A DNA stretch of 64,000 nucleotides from Callorhinchus milii (Eukaryota), in contig NW_024704742.1 of NCBI RefSeq assembly GCF_018977255.1, positions 21,020,001-21,084,000 on the forward strand, given 5' to 3'. Under the pieces are notes generated by a model. That model searched no databases. It was given only the letters and a program-made list of their open reading frames with translations, and had not been told where the DNA came from. A program made the position numbers and the translations under genes. Positions within the stretch are counted from its first letter, which is position 1. Every line of letters starts with the position of its first letter. Shown here piece after piece: positions 51,501 to 64,000 of the stretch.

Positions 51501-52715
51501 GGAACACTTTAAAGCGAATCTTGGGAGGAGCTCTGAAATGTCCTCCTGATGTTAAAGCTGCTTTATAATAATAATATTCAAATATATTTATTATATTTAT
51601 CAAATACAACGATGATTATTATTAGTGGTATTTTATTATTATTGGATGTGAGAAACAATCAGGTTCAACCTCAACTCAAGGTCCTCACTTGGACAATCCC
51701 TTCTGAAAATAGTGGGTTTCCCAACAAGAAGCAAATTGTAGGTTGATATATACCATGTTTCAAATCACAAAGACAGGCATTACGAAATGCCACAAATTTT
51801 ACCAACAACAACTTGCAGTTACATAGCGTGCCTCGCTGATACCATCCTACAGCTCTGGTGCAAACCCCTCATTGTCCAATGCCTTAGGACATCTTCCTGA
51901 TGTAAAGGATGCTATATAAATGCAATGTGTTGTTGTTTTTGTTACCTTTTTTTTGTTGCTCTGAAATACTTAACTGTTTTCTAAAAAGCTATAGATTAAT
52001 CCTCAACAATTTAAGCACAAAAGAGGCTAATGTTTGTGACAGTCAGCAACTATCACCGGTATAAATTTATACGCTCAATATTTACCTAATATTCTTTGAG
52101 ATATTTAGTATAAAACAAAGATGCTTCACATTAAACACCCCAATTAGCATTGTGTATCGTAGCAATAAGATTACATTGGCAACAGTTATCAAATATTGCA
52201 AACTATACCTCATTATTCTAAGAAGTTACAAATTGTTGGAGAAACTAAAGAAGCTTTTTAGGCACTTTTCCATCATAGTTTTTCTAGAGACACTCTGGCA
52301 TTTAGCACACATGGGTTGATTGAAATCAGTTTGTGTGGATTTGCTTGAGGCAAGTCTTCTTAGACAAATCTAATAAAGTTCTTTGAGGAAAAAAAACAGA
52401 GACCAGATAAAGGTAATGCTGTGGATGTGATCTATGTGGATTTTCAGAAAGCTTTTGATAAAGTGTTGCATAAAAGGCTTGTTAAAAACAGTGCATGGTA
52501 TTAATGGAAAGGTGGAGGAGTGGATAGAAAGTTGATTGAATGATAGAAAATAGCTTGGGAGTACATTGTTGCTATTCAGAATAAAGAGACATAAAGAGTG
52601 TTTTCCCCCATGGATCCACATTAGGATCACTGCTTTCTCCATTTATATAAATGATCTGGATTGTGGTGTAAAGGGCATAGCTTCAACAGGAGTGTAGCTA
52701 CCAATGAAGAAAAAG

Positions 52716-53118
52716 AACTTGGATTTATTAAGCAGCCTTCACACGGAATAGCGTTTTGAATGTTGCATGGTGGCAGGGTTGGACATCGAGCAAGGGTGAA
52801 GGGGAAAGGGGAGGTGGGTTGAAGAGATAGGTCTTAGGTAGGATTTAAAGATAGAGGGGGAAAGATAGAGGGACTGAGGTAAGGAGTTCCATAGGTTAGT
52901 GGTATAAGGGCTGAAGGTATGGTCACAGATAGCAGCGCAGAAGGTTCAGGGGATGTGGAGCAGGCTTGTTTTAGCTGAGCGAAGGAGGCGAGCATATGAG
53001 TGGGGTACAAGCTGGTCAAAGAGATAGGGAAATGCTAGTGCTTAAAGGGTGCTTAATATGTGAGGGTGAGGATCTTGAAATCAAACCTTTCAGAGTCAGG
53101 GAATCAGTGGAGCCTGGC
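52716..53118 (-). mobile_element. L2 3' fragment nested in the CR1
   Basis: Reverse strand tttcaagatcctcaccctc...tatggaactccttacctcagtccctc...aaatcctacctaagacctatctcttc. Confidence 0.7.
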
Positions 53119-53255
53119 AAAGAAGACTGCAAGCAACTTTAGGAGGACACAGAAAGGACTAGTAGATTGGGCAGAGAGATGGCAGATGAAATTCAAAGCA
53201 GAAAAGTGTGAAGTTATGCTTTTTAGGAGAAAGAATAGGTAGAAGTGTTAAATAT

Positions 53256-53586
53256 TTCGCCTCGCAAGCCAGAGACTTGGGTTCGATTCCTGACAAAGCA
53301 AAACATTGGGCAAATGTCCTTACCCACACATTTATGTTTACCTAGCAGTCAGTAGGAACCCAGTTGTTAGCCGATTAGTGGTTTGCTTTTCCAGGGGTAT
53401 TATTCCTTAAAAAAAATTGGTCACTTCAATCCACGACTGTTTGTGGGACACTACTGCGTACAATTGGCTGCCCCGTATCGCCCACAAAATACACAGTCAA
53501 TTCACTTTACAGTATATTCTGTGAAGCGATTTGAGATATCTTGAAGTCGTGATAAGGTGCTACATCAAATGCAAGTATTATTATTA
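53256..53586 (+). mobile_element. tRNA-derived SINE nested in the CR1 (slightly 5'-truncated)
   Basis: tcgcctcgcaagccagagacttgggttcgattcc...aaatgcaagtattattatt. Confidence 0.88.
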
Positions 53587-54091
53587 AATGGAAAAAAAGA
53601 GTTGAAGATTTAGGAGACCTAGGAGTTAGCATACATAAATATTTCAAGGTAGGAAAGTAGGTCAACAAAACTATGAATAAAAACTAATGGGATTCTCGAT
53701 TTAATAAATAGGGGCATAGAATATAAACCCAAAGAGATGATGATGAACTAACAGTTTTGGTCATCTAACTTTCAGAAGAATGTCAGAGCCACAGTGAGTG
53801 TGCAGAAGTGATTTACTAAGACGGTACCAGGGATGAGTATCCTATATGTAGAGACTGGAGGAACTGCGCCTATTTTCACTGCAAGAGAGAAGTTTGAGAG
53901 GAGACTTGGTAAAGGTCTTTAAAATTAAACAGAATCAGTGTTTAATTGGCATCCATTTAAGATAGTTAGCAAATGAACAGTGTGGAAGATTAGGAGGATT
54001 TTTTTTTACCCAGAGTTAGTAAGGTGTGGAATGTTCAGCTGGGTGAGGAGTTTGAGGCAGGGTCTATATTAGCTTTCAAGGGGAAACTGAC

Positions 54092-54875
54092 CCAGGCCAT
54101 CACCTCCCCTGAAAATACTCCCCTTTCTACTCCCCACACTCTGTTACTCCCAATCAGTCGTTGTCTCCCACTGCCCTCCTCTCCTTATCTCTCCTGGATC
54201 CCATCACTGCCTCCCTTTGCTCCATTTTGGGCATCCTCTGCCAGGCCTATCGTGGCTTTTGGCGATGATTGTCCCAAAGCAATCACCCCAACTACCCCTT
54301 CGACCACAGCCCTCTCCCTCCTCTGAAAGGCAACCACCCCTTCCCTCATCCACTTCCTAATACTTCCGAACTCCCCTCCACCCTCCATGGTCATCACATC
54401 CCCAGAGCTTAAAACCCACTCTATCCTCCCTACCAAGCCCACCTCCACTAGCTCACTCACTCCTATTTCCCTCTGAAATGTCCATTCCCTCTCAAAAAAC
54501 TCCTCACAATCCACGAGCTCATCCTGGACAAGCACATCGACACTCTTGGGCTCACTGAAACCTGGCTGTCCCCTGGTGACCCTGACCCCTGATCGAAGAC
54601 TCCCCCATCCACCCCCGGCTACACCTTTCACCACACTCCCTGCCCAAACCAACATGGCAGCAGGGTGGCCCTCATCTCACAAACATCTCCCTCCTCTCGT
54701 CCCTCTGTCTCTGCACTGAACACTTGATTATAATGGGTGATTTCAACCTCCACCTAAAGTCCTCTTGCCCCATCTCCTCTGACTTCATTGCCCTCCTCTC
54801 TACACTAAACCTCACCCTGCACATAAGCTCCTCGACCCACAACTGTGGCCACCCCTTAGACCTCGTTATCATTCA
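54092..54875 (+). mobile_element. L2 5'/APE-endonuclease fragment nested in the CR1
   Basis: HELILDKHIDTLGLTETWL, PPGYTFHHTPCP, LIIMGDFNLH, THNCGHPLDLVI. Homologous to 63170-63700. Confidence 0.85.
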
Positions 54876-55561
54876 CTCGTTGTTGCTGTAGTTCCAGGGT
54901 TATGAGAAAAAGGCATGAAAAGAGGACTGAATGGTTTGCTCTTTCAAAGAGCAAGCAGAGACACAATGAGCTAAATGGCCTTCTTTTGCACTCTAAATTC
55001 TACAGTCCCATCTGCCTGTTCAGATGGGCATTAAAGATCCCAGGACACGGTTCGTAAAGAGATCTCCTGGTGTCCTGGTCAACTTTTAGAATATACAGCT
55101 CTGCAGTTTTTCAAAACCAACCATTCCTGAGAGGTATTGACCACTTGGCTTGCAGTACCTCAACAGACCAAAAATTAATAAGATCTCAGGCAAAATACGA
55201 GCTCACTGTAAGTGAAACAACTCTCCCACTAGGTCACGAAGCTAATGATTAAAGAAACACATGCCTGTGACTGATGGAAAAGTGCTTTATTCACAGTACA
55301 GGAGGTAGACTATTGGTAACAGTCAGGAGATTAGAATCCAGTAGCAAAAGGAATTTAATTAACCAAAGCTGCATTTTGGCAGCACTGATCACCGGTCTCC
55401 TTCCAGTCAGAGTATTCATCAACAGTTTAAATTACATTCCCATCATACTGTATATGATTGGGAAATGCATCCTCTGTGCACAAATTATTGTAGTCTCAGC
55501 ATTTAGTCAAATGGAGTTGTTGTCAACTGCAATGGTTGAAATGCCGTTGTGAAATGTTATA

Positions 55562-55798
55562 TAAATAATAATAATAATAATCCTTACATTTGATATAGCA
55601 CTTTTCACTCTAGACGTCTCAAAGCGCTTCACAGAATATACTGAAAAGTGAATTGACCGTACATTTGTGGACGAAACCCGGCAGCCAATTGCGCACAGCA
55701 GCGTCCCACAAACAGTCGTGGATTGAAAATTACCAATTTATTATTGTTTTGTTTTGGAGGGATTATTATTAGGTGTGTGGAGTAAGGAAACTTGCCCA
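55562..55798 (-). mobile_element. tRNA-derived SINE lacking its head
   Basis: Body and tail match the family. Confidence 0.85.
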
Positions 55799-57424
55799 AC
55801 AAATAATAAATAATAAAGACACTAAATGAGGGTGTGGGGGGGCTAATTTGCGATATTTCTTAAAAAGAATCCTTAATGAGGAATGTGATCTAATTCTCAA
55901 GTGAGTCAATGACAATTGTAATGGTATTCTTTAATAAGGAAGTCAGGCTAAGGAACCGCATTACAATTTCTGTCTTTCTCCATGTTAGAAAAAAAACACA
56001 CACACTCGATCCCATTTCATTTACATTGTCATGCTGCATCCTGTGTCTTCTTTAAAAAAATCTTCAAAGCATTTTATACTCCATGTCAGCATTTTTTTTA
56101 ATATAGTACTTTACACACTCTGAAACATAAAATTATTATCACAATTATTTTAATAACACCACTGAGATGTTTGGAATAGGTTTATTTTAATTTGAATGGA
56201 ATATAATACATATTAAATATTCTAGGTAATACTATTCAAAAAATATTACTTCTGTTCCATCTTTTTCCTCTGTTACTTTATGCTCAGTTCTGCTTTCTGT
56301 ACGTTGATTTTATTAATCAATGTACCTGGCTACATCATTTAAAATCGGCATCACAATACGTCTTAATGTTGGTCATTTGTTTCAAGGCTGTTTGTGGACA
56401 TTGCTATGCACAAATGGGCTGTTGTATTCACTTATTAATAACAGTTCACTCCACTTCACATAAAAATACTGTGAAGTGCTTTAAGACATGCTCCCAATAT
56501 GAAAGGCGCTATACCAAATGCAAGGATTATTATTATAAGTCCATTTAAAAAAAAACTAGAGGAAGGATTATTGAAATCTGAGGTGACTTCTGTCAGCTGA
56601 ATTTTGTGATATGATTTTTGACTAACTGGAGGAAGTCCAGGCATAGAATGAAATGATCATAGTTGGCTCTGACTGGGAGATTTTGTTGAAAGGAATTATC
56701 TTTGCTGGTGGTGCACAAGTGTGGGGAAAGGAGAGGGAATGAGGATTGAAACTAGGATTTTGTTGGGTAACCTTAAAATCAAATGGTTACAAATGAGTAT
56801 AAAATGAGTTTTATACAGAGGGTTGTGATGATCTGGAATGCTTTGCCCCAGAGAGTGTAGGGCAGAATTTAAGAGATAAGTAAGAAGATGCTTAGGTATT
56901 AGAGGTATTAAGGTGTATGGTAACAGTGATATCAAACGATGTGCCAATACCTAATAAACTGGTGAAACAGGCTCTGAAAGGCCCCCTCCTCATTTTCCTA
57001 TGTTTCTATATTGAAAATAATGTTAGCAAGTTACTCTGCTGTTACTCTCTCATGGTCACTGTTTTATGGAGCCATAATAATGCACTAGGAAGATGATAGT
57101 GGGGTATAATCATTTCACAACATGTGGACTGGAATTGTTTGGCAATATTGTCAAATCTGGCAAACATTTGAAGAACTTAGCGGAAGTCAAAAGGTCTCTC
57201 ATTTCATGCTGAAAAGGGAATTTGAGTTGCTTCATTGCTATGAATGGAAATGCCTGCAGCAATCCTTTACTCCATCAATTGCCGGTTCATTCTCACAGCG
57301 TCAATCCATGTGAGATAAAATCAAGTCCAAATCACTAGTTTAGGAATTAATCAGGAATTGATATATCCAAGCTAAATCCTGAAAGAATTTTTAAAAAAAT
57401 GATATTCTTAAGCTAGAGACGCAC

Positions 57425-57750
57425 AGGTGCATTGCATATCGGGTCATTGAAATTTCTCAAGTGCTTCACAGAATATATTGTAAAGTGGATTGATGGTGTA
57501 TTTTGTGTGTGAAATGCTGCAGCCAATAGAGCACAGCAGTTTCCCACAAACAATCGTGGATTAAATGACCAATTTTTGGGGGAGGAATTATTACCCTCAG
57601 AAATCAATCTGTCAATTGACTGACAACCAGGTTCCTAGTGAAGGCTAGATAAACAGGCGTGTGCAGTAAGGAAACTTGCCTAAGGTTTTGTCCTGCCTGG
57701 GAATTAAACCCTGGTTCACTTGCTTGCGAGGCTAACCATTACGCTATGGT
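57425..57750 (-). mobile_element. tRNA-derived SINE, decayed; paired with an inverted tail copy at 57850-57985
   Basis: Family body is recognisable, and 57437-57493 is the exact reverse complement of 57903-57959. Confidence 0.8.
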
Positions 57751-58254
57751 AGATTTAAGATCAGAATACAGTACCTTTGTTAGAGAAACAATCCAGTTGT
57801 TGCTGGCAATAATAGAAATTGGTCTACATCCTCTCTACCCCCAAAAACGGTCATTAACTTTATGGTTGTTTCAGAGACACTTTTGTGTGCAAATTGTCTG
57901 CTTCAATCCACTTTACAATATATTCTGTGAAGCACTTGAGAAATTTCAATGACCCGATAATGCACTATATCAAATGTAAGGATTAAGAGCTGACACAGGC
58001 CGGTGAGTGAATGTTCTCCTTCTGTGCTGTAGGATTCTATGATTCTATGAAAGAGTCTTAACTTTCTACAAGAAAACAAAGCTAATGCCAGCCGGTTTGG
58101 TTCTTTATAGCACCCGTGTGTCTCTGGCTTTCAGTCTGTATTCTTCCTGGCTGCACACTCAACAAAATACAGAGTCACACCACTTTACAGTATATACTGT
58201 GAAGTGCTCTAAGACAACATAAGGCATGATATCCAATGCAAAGATCATTATTTG

Positions 58255-58576
58255 TAATAATAATAATAACCCTTGCATTTGATATAGCGCTTTTCACGTC
58301 AGGAGGACATCCCAAAGCGCTTCACAGAACACACTGTAAAGTGAATTGACTATATATTTGTGGGCGAACGCGGCAGCCAATTGCGCACAGCATGTCCCAC
58401 AAACAGTCGTAGATTGAAAATGACCATTTTATTATTGTTTTTGGTTTTGGAGGGATTATTATCAGGCGTGTGGAGTAAGGAAACTTGCCCAAGGTTTCGC
58501 CCTGACCTGCCTGGAATTGAACTCAGGTCTCTCACTTGCAAAGCGAGTGCTCTAACCACTGAGCTACAGGACTCCA
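58255..58576 (-). mobile_element. tRNA-derived SINE, young-looking subfamily
   Basis: Full length; shares the gccctgacctgcc diagnostic block with 47186-47514. Confidence 0.92.
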
Positions 58577-60809
58577 CAAGTATAAGTTGTGTAGTATAAA
58601 TTGTACTGTATGTAGTAACAACTCAAATGACAATCATATCCTTTCCTTTGGCTTTGGGTTGTGAATCTCTGATTATTAGCCATGTCACTGATTTTCACTC
58701 CAATTTACATGGTATATAAAGGCTATTGCTTTCAATTAGTTGTACTTATCATGGCCATAAAATCATCTCTTGCACGTCATGAGTCATTGCGAGATCAATC
58801 ATCTCTCTTACCATTGATTCTCCACACGACCAGCGTGGAGAATCATTTTCCTTTCATTTTCCAATTGATGTCTTATTTGGTCAAAGTAATTTAGCTCTTA
58901 TAATAGTTGCTCTTGCAAATTTCCGTTTGGTAAATTGTGGATGTCAAGTGGATGTGAAACATGGCTCTGCTTGGGAGATAAAGTTATAAATCTCACTTCA
59001 CATGAAACATTTTTACTAATGGTGAGGGGAGGGAGAATCTTCAAACAAGACATTGCCATGTCTGGTCTTCCAATTAATTAATTCGCCACTGCTCTTCATT
59101 TCAACTCTTACTTGAGCTGACATTCTTCTTGTGTTACGTATAATGCCTTTGGCGTTGTTGACGGCATGTAGAATTTCCCCCATTATAATTCCTCATCACC
59201 AAAGATGCTAAGTTTAATGCTGAGTAGGATTTTAACCCAAGTGTTTCTGTCATGAAGCTAGGATGAACCATGTAGAAATTGGGAAAAAAGGAACATTTTT
59301 AATAAGTAGAAAATTGTTAATATAATACAAAAATAACTCTGACTTAAACAGCCTTAATGCGTCTGGTATCAATGAATTGAGAAGTAAGCACTGGATAGTG
59401 GCTGAACGGTATGTGTCTGTCTGGGAAAATGTCACAAAATTATTTTGGATGAAGAAAGACTTTCGGCCCATCTCATTTCAACCCTCCAGAATACCCACAC
59501 TACTTAATTCACATTGATTCTTAAATCTTTGCACATATGATTTCCACATACTTTATGAATCATTAAAAAGTCTAAAGACATCACACGTTCAACATGTCTT
59601 TGTGGGAGACTTTATCAGGCAGCCATGTCTGTTTTATAATAATAATAATAATCCTTGCATTTAGTATAGCGCCTTATCACATCTTTGAGACGTCTCAAAG
59701 CGCTTCACAGAATATACTGTAAATTGAATGGACTATATATTTTGTGGGCGAAACAAAAATTTTGATATTTCATCACACCTTCCATGTGTTATAAAATCTG
59801 TTATTTAAACATTGTATTTTTTTCACCTCATACTAAAGACTGCCTGGCTGTATGATCTTTGGGGGAGGGGAGTTTATTGGGGGGGCAAACGGGTGTCTGA
59901 TACATACGGAAACCCATCACCATGCTTAAGAGTATCCAAACCAAACTGAGAATTTCATGCATCCCACCTACTCGTGGAAATTCCAGAGATAGATTGTTGG
60001 AATGGAATATACAGCTCACTACCTGGAGGGACATATCCTGATTACCTAATTCCGAGGGGGGAGTGGGGAAATCACACCAGATGCCAGTTTTTAGTAATAG
60101 ATGGAAAAATACAATATTTCACAACAAATTCTTTAATACATTCCATAAACCTGGGATGAGTTATGTATGGAACATTGCATTTTTTATCCCAACATCTCAT
60201 CTGTGTCTCTTACCAATGGGAGCCAGTTTGCATGGTTATTTACTCAAACTAACAGATGCTTGTCCTCCTGAATGCCAGCAACAGCAATCAATATCATTAA
60301 AGCATAAACTAGGACAGGGCAGCTTTGCGAGGTTCATTTGGAAGATCATGATAGGGCTTCTATTTACGGTAAATCACTCCAGAGGTACTACTACTTTGAA
60401 AAAGGTCATATATTTTTCAATATGACTGAACGCACGGTAAACATTTAATTCCTCTAAGAATATTACATACCAGATGTTACCACAAATGTATTCCTAAAAG
60501 GTACAGACCAAATGCCCTGCCCAGAAGTGAAAGGTTTCCAACAATATGTAGTCTAATGCTTTTGTTCTGGGCTTTGCATCAGCATCATATTAAGTATTGA
60601 CAGATACGTTGTAAAGCCACTAGGAAAATAAAATAAATTTCACAAAAACAATTAAAAGAATAATCTGCAGTTTGAAAGAAATATTTTTTAAAGAAACCTA
60701 CAAGAAAATAGACTGTTGGTATCGATTTGATTTATGGAAAACTTTCTAAAAAGAAGTACATTATGTACAATCAATGACAGAATTAGAAATGTTGTCAGTG
60801 TTCCTGACT

Positions 60810-63800
60810 TCAACAACAACAAGTTGAATTCATATAGCGCCCTCCACGCCTCAGAGCGCTTCGCAGTAACAGTAACAGGAGCAGATCCCGGGGCCGAGCC
60901 AGGGGGAGGGGAAGGAAGGTGACCAAAGGCGCGGTCGAAGAGAAAGGTCTTCAGCAGAGACTTGAAAATAGGAAGAGAGGGGGCGAGGCGAAGGGAGTGA
61001 GGAAGGGAATTCCAGAGCCTCGGGGCATAGTGGCTGAAGGCACGGCCACCGAGGGTGGAGCAGAGGACTTGGGGAATGAGGAGGAGGCCAGACCCGGAGG
61101 AACGAAGGCAACGGGTACTATTTTGAGGAGAGAGGAGGTCAGAAAGGTAGGGGGGTGAAGAGGAGTGGAGGGATTTGAATACAAGGGTGAGGATCTTGAA
61201 GTCAATCCTCTCTAGGACAGGCAGCCAGTGGAGTCTGGCAAGGACTGGGGTGATCGGGGAGCGCAGTTTGGTGCGGGTGAGAATGCGGGCGGCAGAGTTT
61301 TGAATGACCTGGATTTTAAGGATTGTAGTGGATGAGAGACTAGCGAGGAGGGCGTTAGAATAGTCCAGCCGAGAGCTGACAAAGGCATGGACCAGGGTTT
61401 CAGCAGCTATCGGAGAGAGGTATTGGCGGGAACGCGCAATGCATCGGAGGTGGAAGAAGGCGGTGCTGGTGAGGGACTGGATGTGGGGGAGGAAGGATAA
61501 TTGGGGATCGAACCTGACTCCTAGGTTGCATACAGGTTCGGAGAGTTTTAGGGGGAAGTTGGGTAGGTGGAGGAGGTGAGAGCCGTAAGATTTTAGACGT
61601 TGACAAGAGCCAAAGAGTATGGCTTCTGTCTTGTCAACGTTCAGCTGAAGGAAATTTGCGCTCATCCAGCCTGGGGACTGGGGGTCGCAAAGAGAGGTGG
61701 AAAAATAGAATTGGGTGTCATCCGCGTACATGTGGGAATATACCTCATGTCTACGGATGACATCCCTAAGCGGGAGCATGTAGATCAGAAATTGGAGGGG
61801 GCCAAGGATGGATCCTTGGGGTACCCCGCAGGTAACCGGGTGAGAGTGGGAGGAGAAGCTGTTGTGCAGATGTACTGCTGGCGGTTTGTGAGGTACGACT
61901 CGAACCAGGCGAGTGCAGTCCCACTGAGGTGGATGACGGAGGAAAGACGGTGGAGGAGGATGGCGTAATTGACTGTGTTGAACGCCGCGGAGAAGTCCAG
62001 GAAGACCTGGAGGCAGAGGGAGCCCTGGTCACAGATAGAGAGGATGTCATTTGTGACTTTCACAAGCTCAGTCTCTGTACTGTGGCAGCGCAGAAACCGG
62101 ACTGGAGGGGTTCAAAGAGGGAGTGGGAGGAGAAGTTGATTGGCAACAGCACGTTCTAGGACTTTTGCGAGGAATGGCAGGTTAGAAATGGGGCCGTAGT
62201 GGCTGGGGTTTGAGGGATCTAGGCAAGGTTTTTTGAGGAGGAGGGTGATGACAGCAGTTTTGAGGGGGCCAGGGACTGATCCAGAGGAGAGGGACTGGTT
62301 GATGACATCAGCCAGTAGTGGGCAGAGGATGGGGAGCTGGGTGACCAGCAATTTGGTGGGGAGGGGGTCGAGGCAGCAGGTGGTGGGTTTCATGGAGGTG
62401 ATGGTGGGTGAGAGGGAGGAGGGAGAGATGGGGAGGAAGGAATGTAGGATGAGGGTGGTGGTAGGAGCAGATGATGGGGAGGGTGAGGGGGACAGAGAGG
62501 GCATGGTAGTGGGTGACAAAAGGCAGATGGATGAGGCGGCCTGGCAGATGTTGTGAATTTTAGATGAAAAGAAGTCCATGACCTCATCGCACTTGGCCTT
62601 TGATATGAAGATTGAGGAGGCCTAAGGGGGGCATGGAGGAGGTAGTGGGGGTGGAAAAAAGGATTTTAGGGTTGTGTTTGGCCTCCAAAATGATGTTGGA
62701 GAAGAAGGCCGTTTTCGCGTGTGTCAAAGAATGGCGGTAGCTGTGGAGATGCTCGTGCCAGAGTTGGTGATGAACTGTCAGGCCAGTTTTCCCGCCATCT
62801 GCGCTCGAGCAGCCGGGTTTGGGTTTTTAGGCGGCAGAGATGGTTGTTGTACCAGGGGGGTAGGGTGGGTTTGGAGATGGTCCTGGATATCAGGGGGACG
62901 AGGGAGTTTAAGGTGGAGGAGAGGAGATCATAGAGTAGCTGGACAGCTGCTTCAGGACCTCCGTGGGTGGAAGGCCAGAGGGATAGGATGTTTGATGATG
63001 CGAGTGCCTTTGTGAGGGACTCAGGGGGGCAGCCTTTTCCAAGGGCGGTAGAGGATGGTTGAGGGCTTGGTGGAGGAGAGAGGGATGTGAGAGGAGAAGG
63101 TGATGAGGAAGTGGTCCGAGATGGCCTTGTCCACTATGCTGAGGTCGGAAATGTCAAGGTCGTGGGTGTTAACAAGGTCAAGGGCATGACCACGGTTGTG
63201 GGTAGGTGAATTTATATGAAGGGTGAGGTTTAGGGAGGAGAGGAGGGCAGTGAAGTCGGCAGAAGTAGTGCAAGGGGAGTTTAGGTGGAGGTTGAAATCA
63301 CCCATTATGAGCAGGCGCTTGGAGCAGAGGGACAGGGAAGAGAGGAGAGTAGAGATGTCTATGTGAAAGGAGCCGGGGGGTGGTAGACAAGGAAGATTTT
63401 CAATGGGAGAGAGGGGTGAAAGAGCGAGAGGTGCTCAAAGGAAGGGAAGCAGCCAGAGGAGTAGGGAGTAAGACCAAGGGAGGCTTTGGAAATGAAGGCC
63501 ACCCCACCGCCACGCTGGTTTGGACAGGGGGTGTGGTGGAAGGTGTAGCCTGGAGGGGAGGCTTCCACTAGGAGGATGGGGTCATTGGGAGAGAGACAGG
63601 TTTCAGTGAGCCCAAGAATGTCAAGGTGCCCGTCCAGGTCGTGGATAGTGAGGGCTTTATTTGAGAGGGAACAGACATTTTGGAGGGAAATGCAGGTGAA
63701 GGGAATGGAGGGAAGAGAGGGAGGAGAGAATGATGCAGAGAGGATTTTTGGGTGTACAGGAGAGATGGTTGTGGAGAGTGGTGGGAGTGAGAGTTGGGGA

Positions 63801-64000
63801 GGGTACGTTTGAGGGAGGGGGAAATTGGGTTTGCCTTAAGGAGGCGGTTTGTGCGGAGGGAGTGAATGATGGGACACTTGGGTTCGCTGCTCTGGGATAG
63901 CCAGTGCCGGTAGTCACGATGGGCTCGGCAGAGGATGCCCAGGCTGGAGCAGAGGGAAGTAGTGATGGGGCCGAGGAGAGAGAGAGAAGGCGGGGAGGGC
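60810..64000 (-). mobile_element. Long L2 LINE (APE endonuclease, RT, C-terminus) with multiple frameshifts; runs off the window end
   Basis: [74 protein letters not shown]. The 3' tail is gcgctctgaggcgtggagggcgctatatgaattcaacttgttgttg. Confidence 0.95.

Larger units (their letters stand above)
52310..55005 (+). mobile_element. Decayed CR1 LINE (RT to 3' end) fragmented by three nested insertions
   Basis: VDVIYVDFQKAFDKVLHKRL at about 52420, LVDWAERWQMKFKAEKCEVM at about 53160, CR1 3' hairpin at about 54960-55000. Confidence 0.85.

Noticed and set aside
8558..58576. tRNA-like sequences with A and B boxes (e.g. 13975, 23253, 31343, 47514, 58576)
   Set aside because: They are SINE heads, each continuing into the same body and (att)n tail, so they were not called as tRNA genes.
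139..63917. Most short ORFs in the six-frame track, including 292-aa and 363-aa ORFs
   Set aside because: They are chance ORFs, SINE translations (recurring CKDYYY endings) or broken L2/CR1 ORF2 pieces, not host genes.
43222..64000. Search for the upstream first coding exon of MARCHF1 (MPxHQISVIP-like)
   Set aside because: Not found by eye; probably outside the window.

Overview
Vertebrate genomic DNA, not microbial. The repeat landscape (L2 and CR1 LINEs, tRNA-headed and Deu-domain SINEs, Penelope-like hairpins) points to a cartilaginous fish, possibly a chimaera; this is an inference. The window holds the 3' part of MARCHF1 (MARCH1, RING-CH E3 ubiquitin ligase) on the minus strand. Five core coding exons (43221-43171, 18461-18382, 12142-11962, 4818-4671, 2073-1769) have GT-AG boundaries and splice in frame to 254 aa plus stop. 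A large cassette exon (17857-17097) is 1 nt short of frame-preserving. The first coding exon(s) were not found and probably lie beyond 64000. The rest is intron, dense with decayed mobile elements. Best leads: (1) the apparent frameshift or poison state of the long exon; (2) a palindromic Penelope-like insert with a minimal hammerhead-ribozyme core on the MARCHF1 sense strand, sitting inside a Tc1/mariner TIR; (3) a perfect 57-bp inverted repeat between two otherwise decayed SINEs; (4) an unidentified decayed coding relic at about 28.6-29.4 kb; (5) a SINE subfamily whose 3' end matches the local L2. I found no convincing evidence of a wholly new multi-gene system. Repeat boundaries are approximate and were read by eye.
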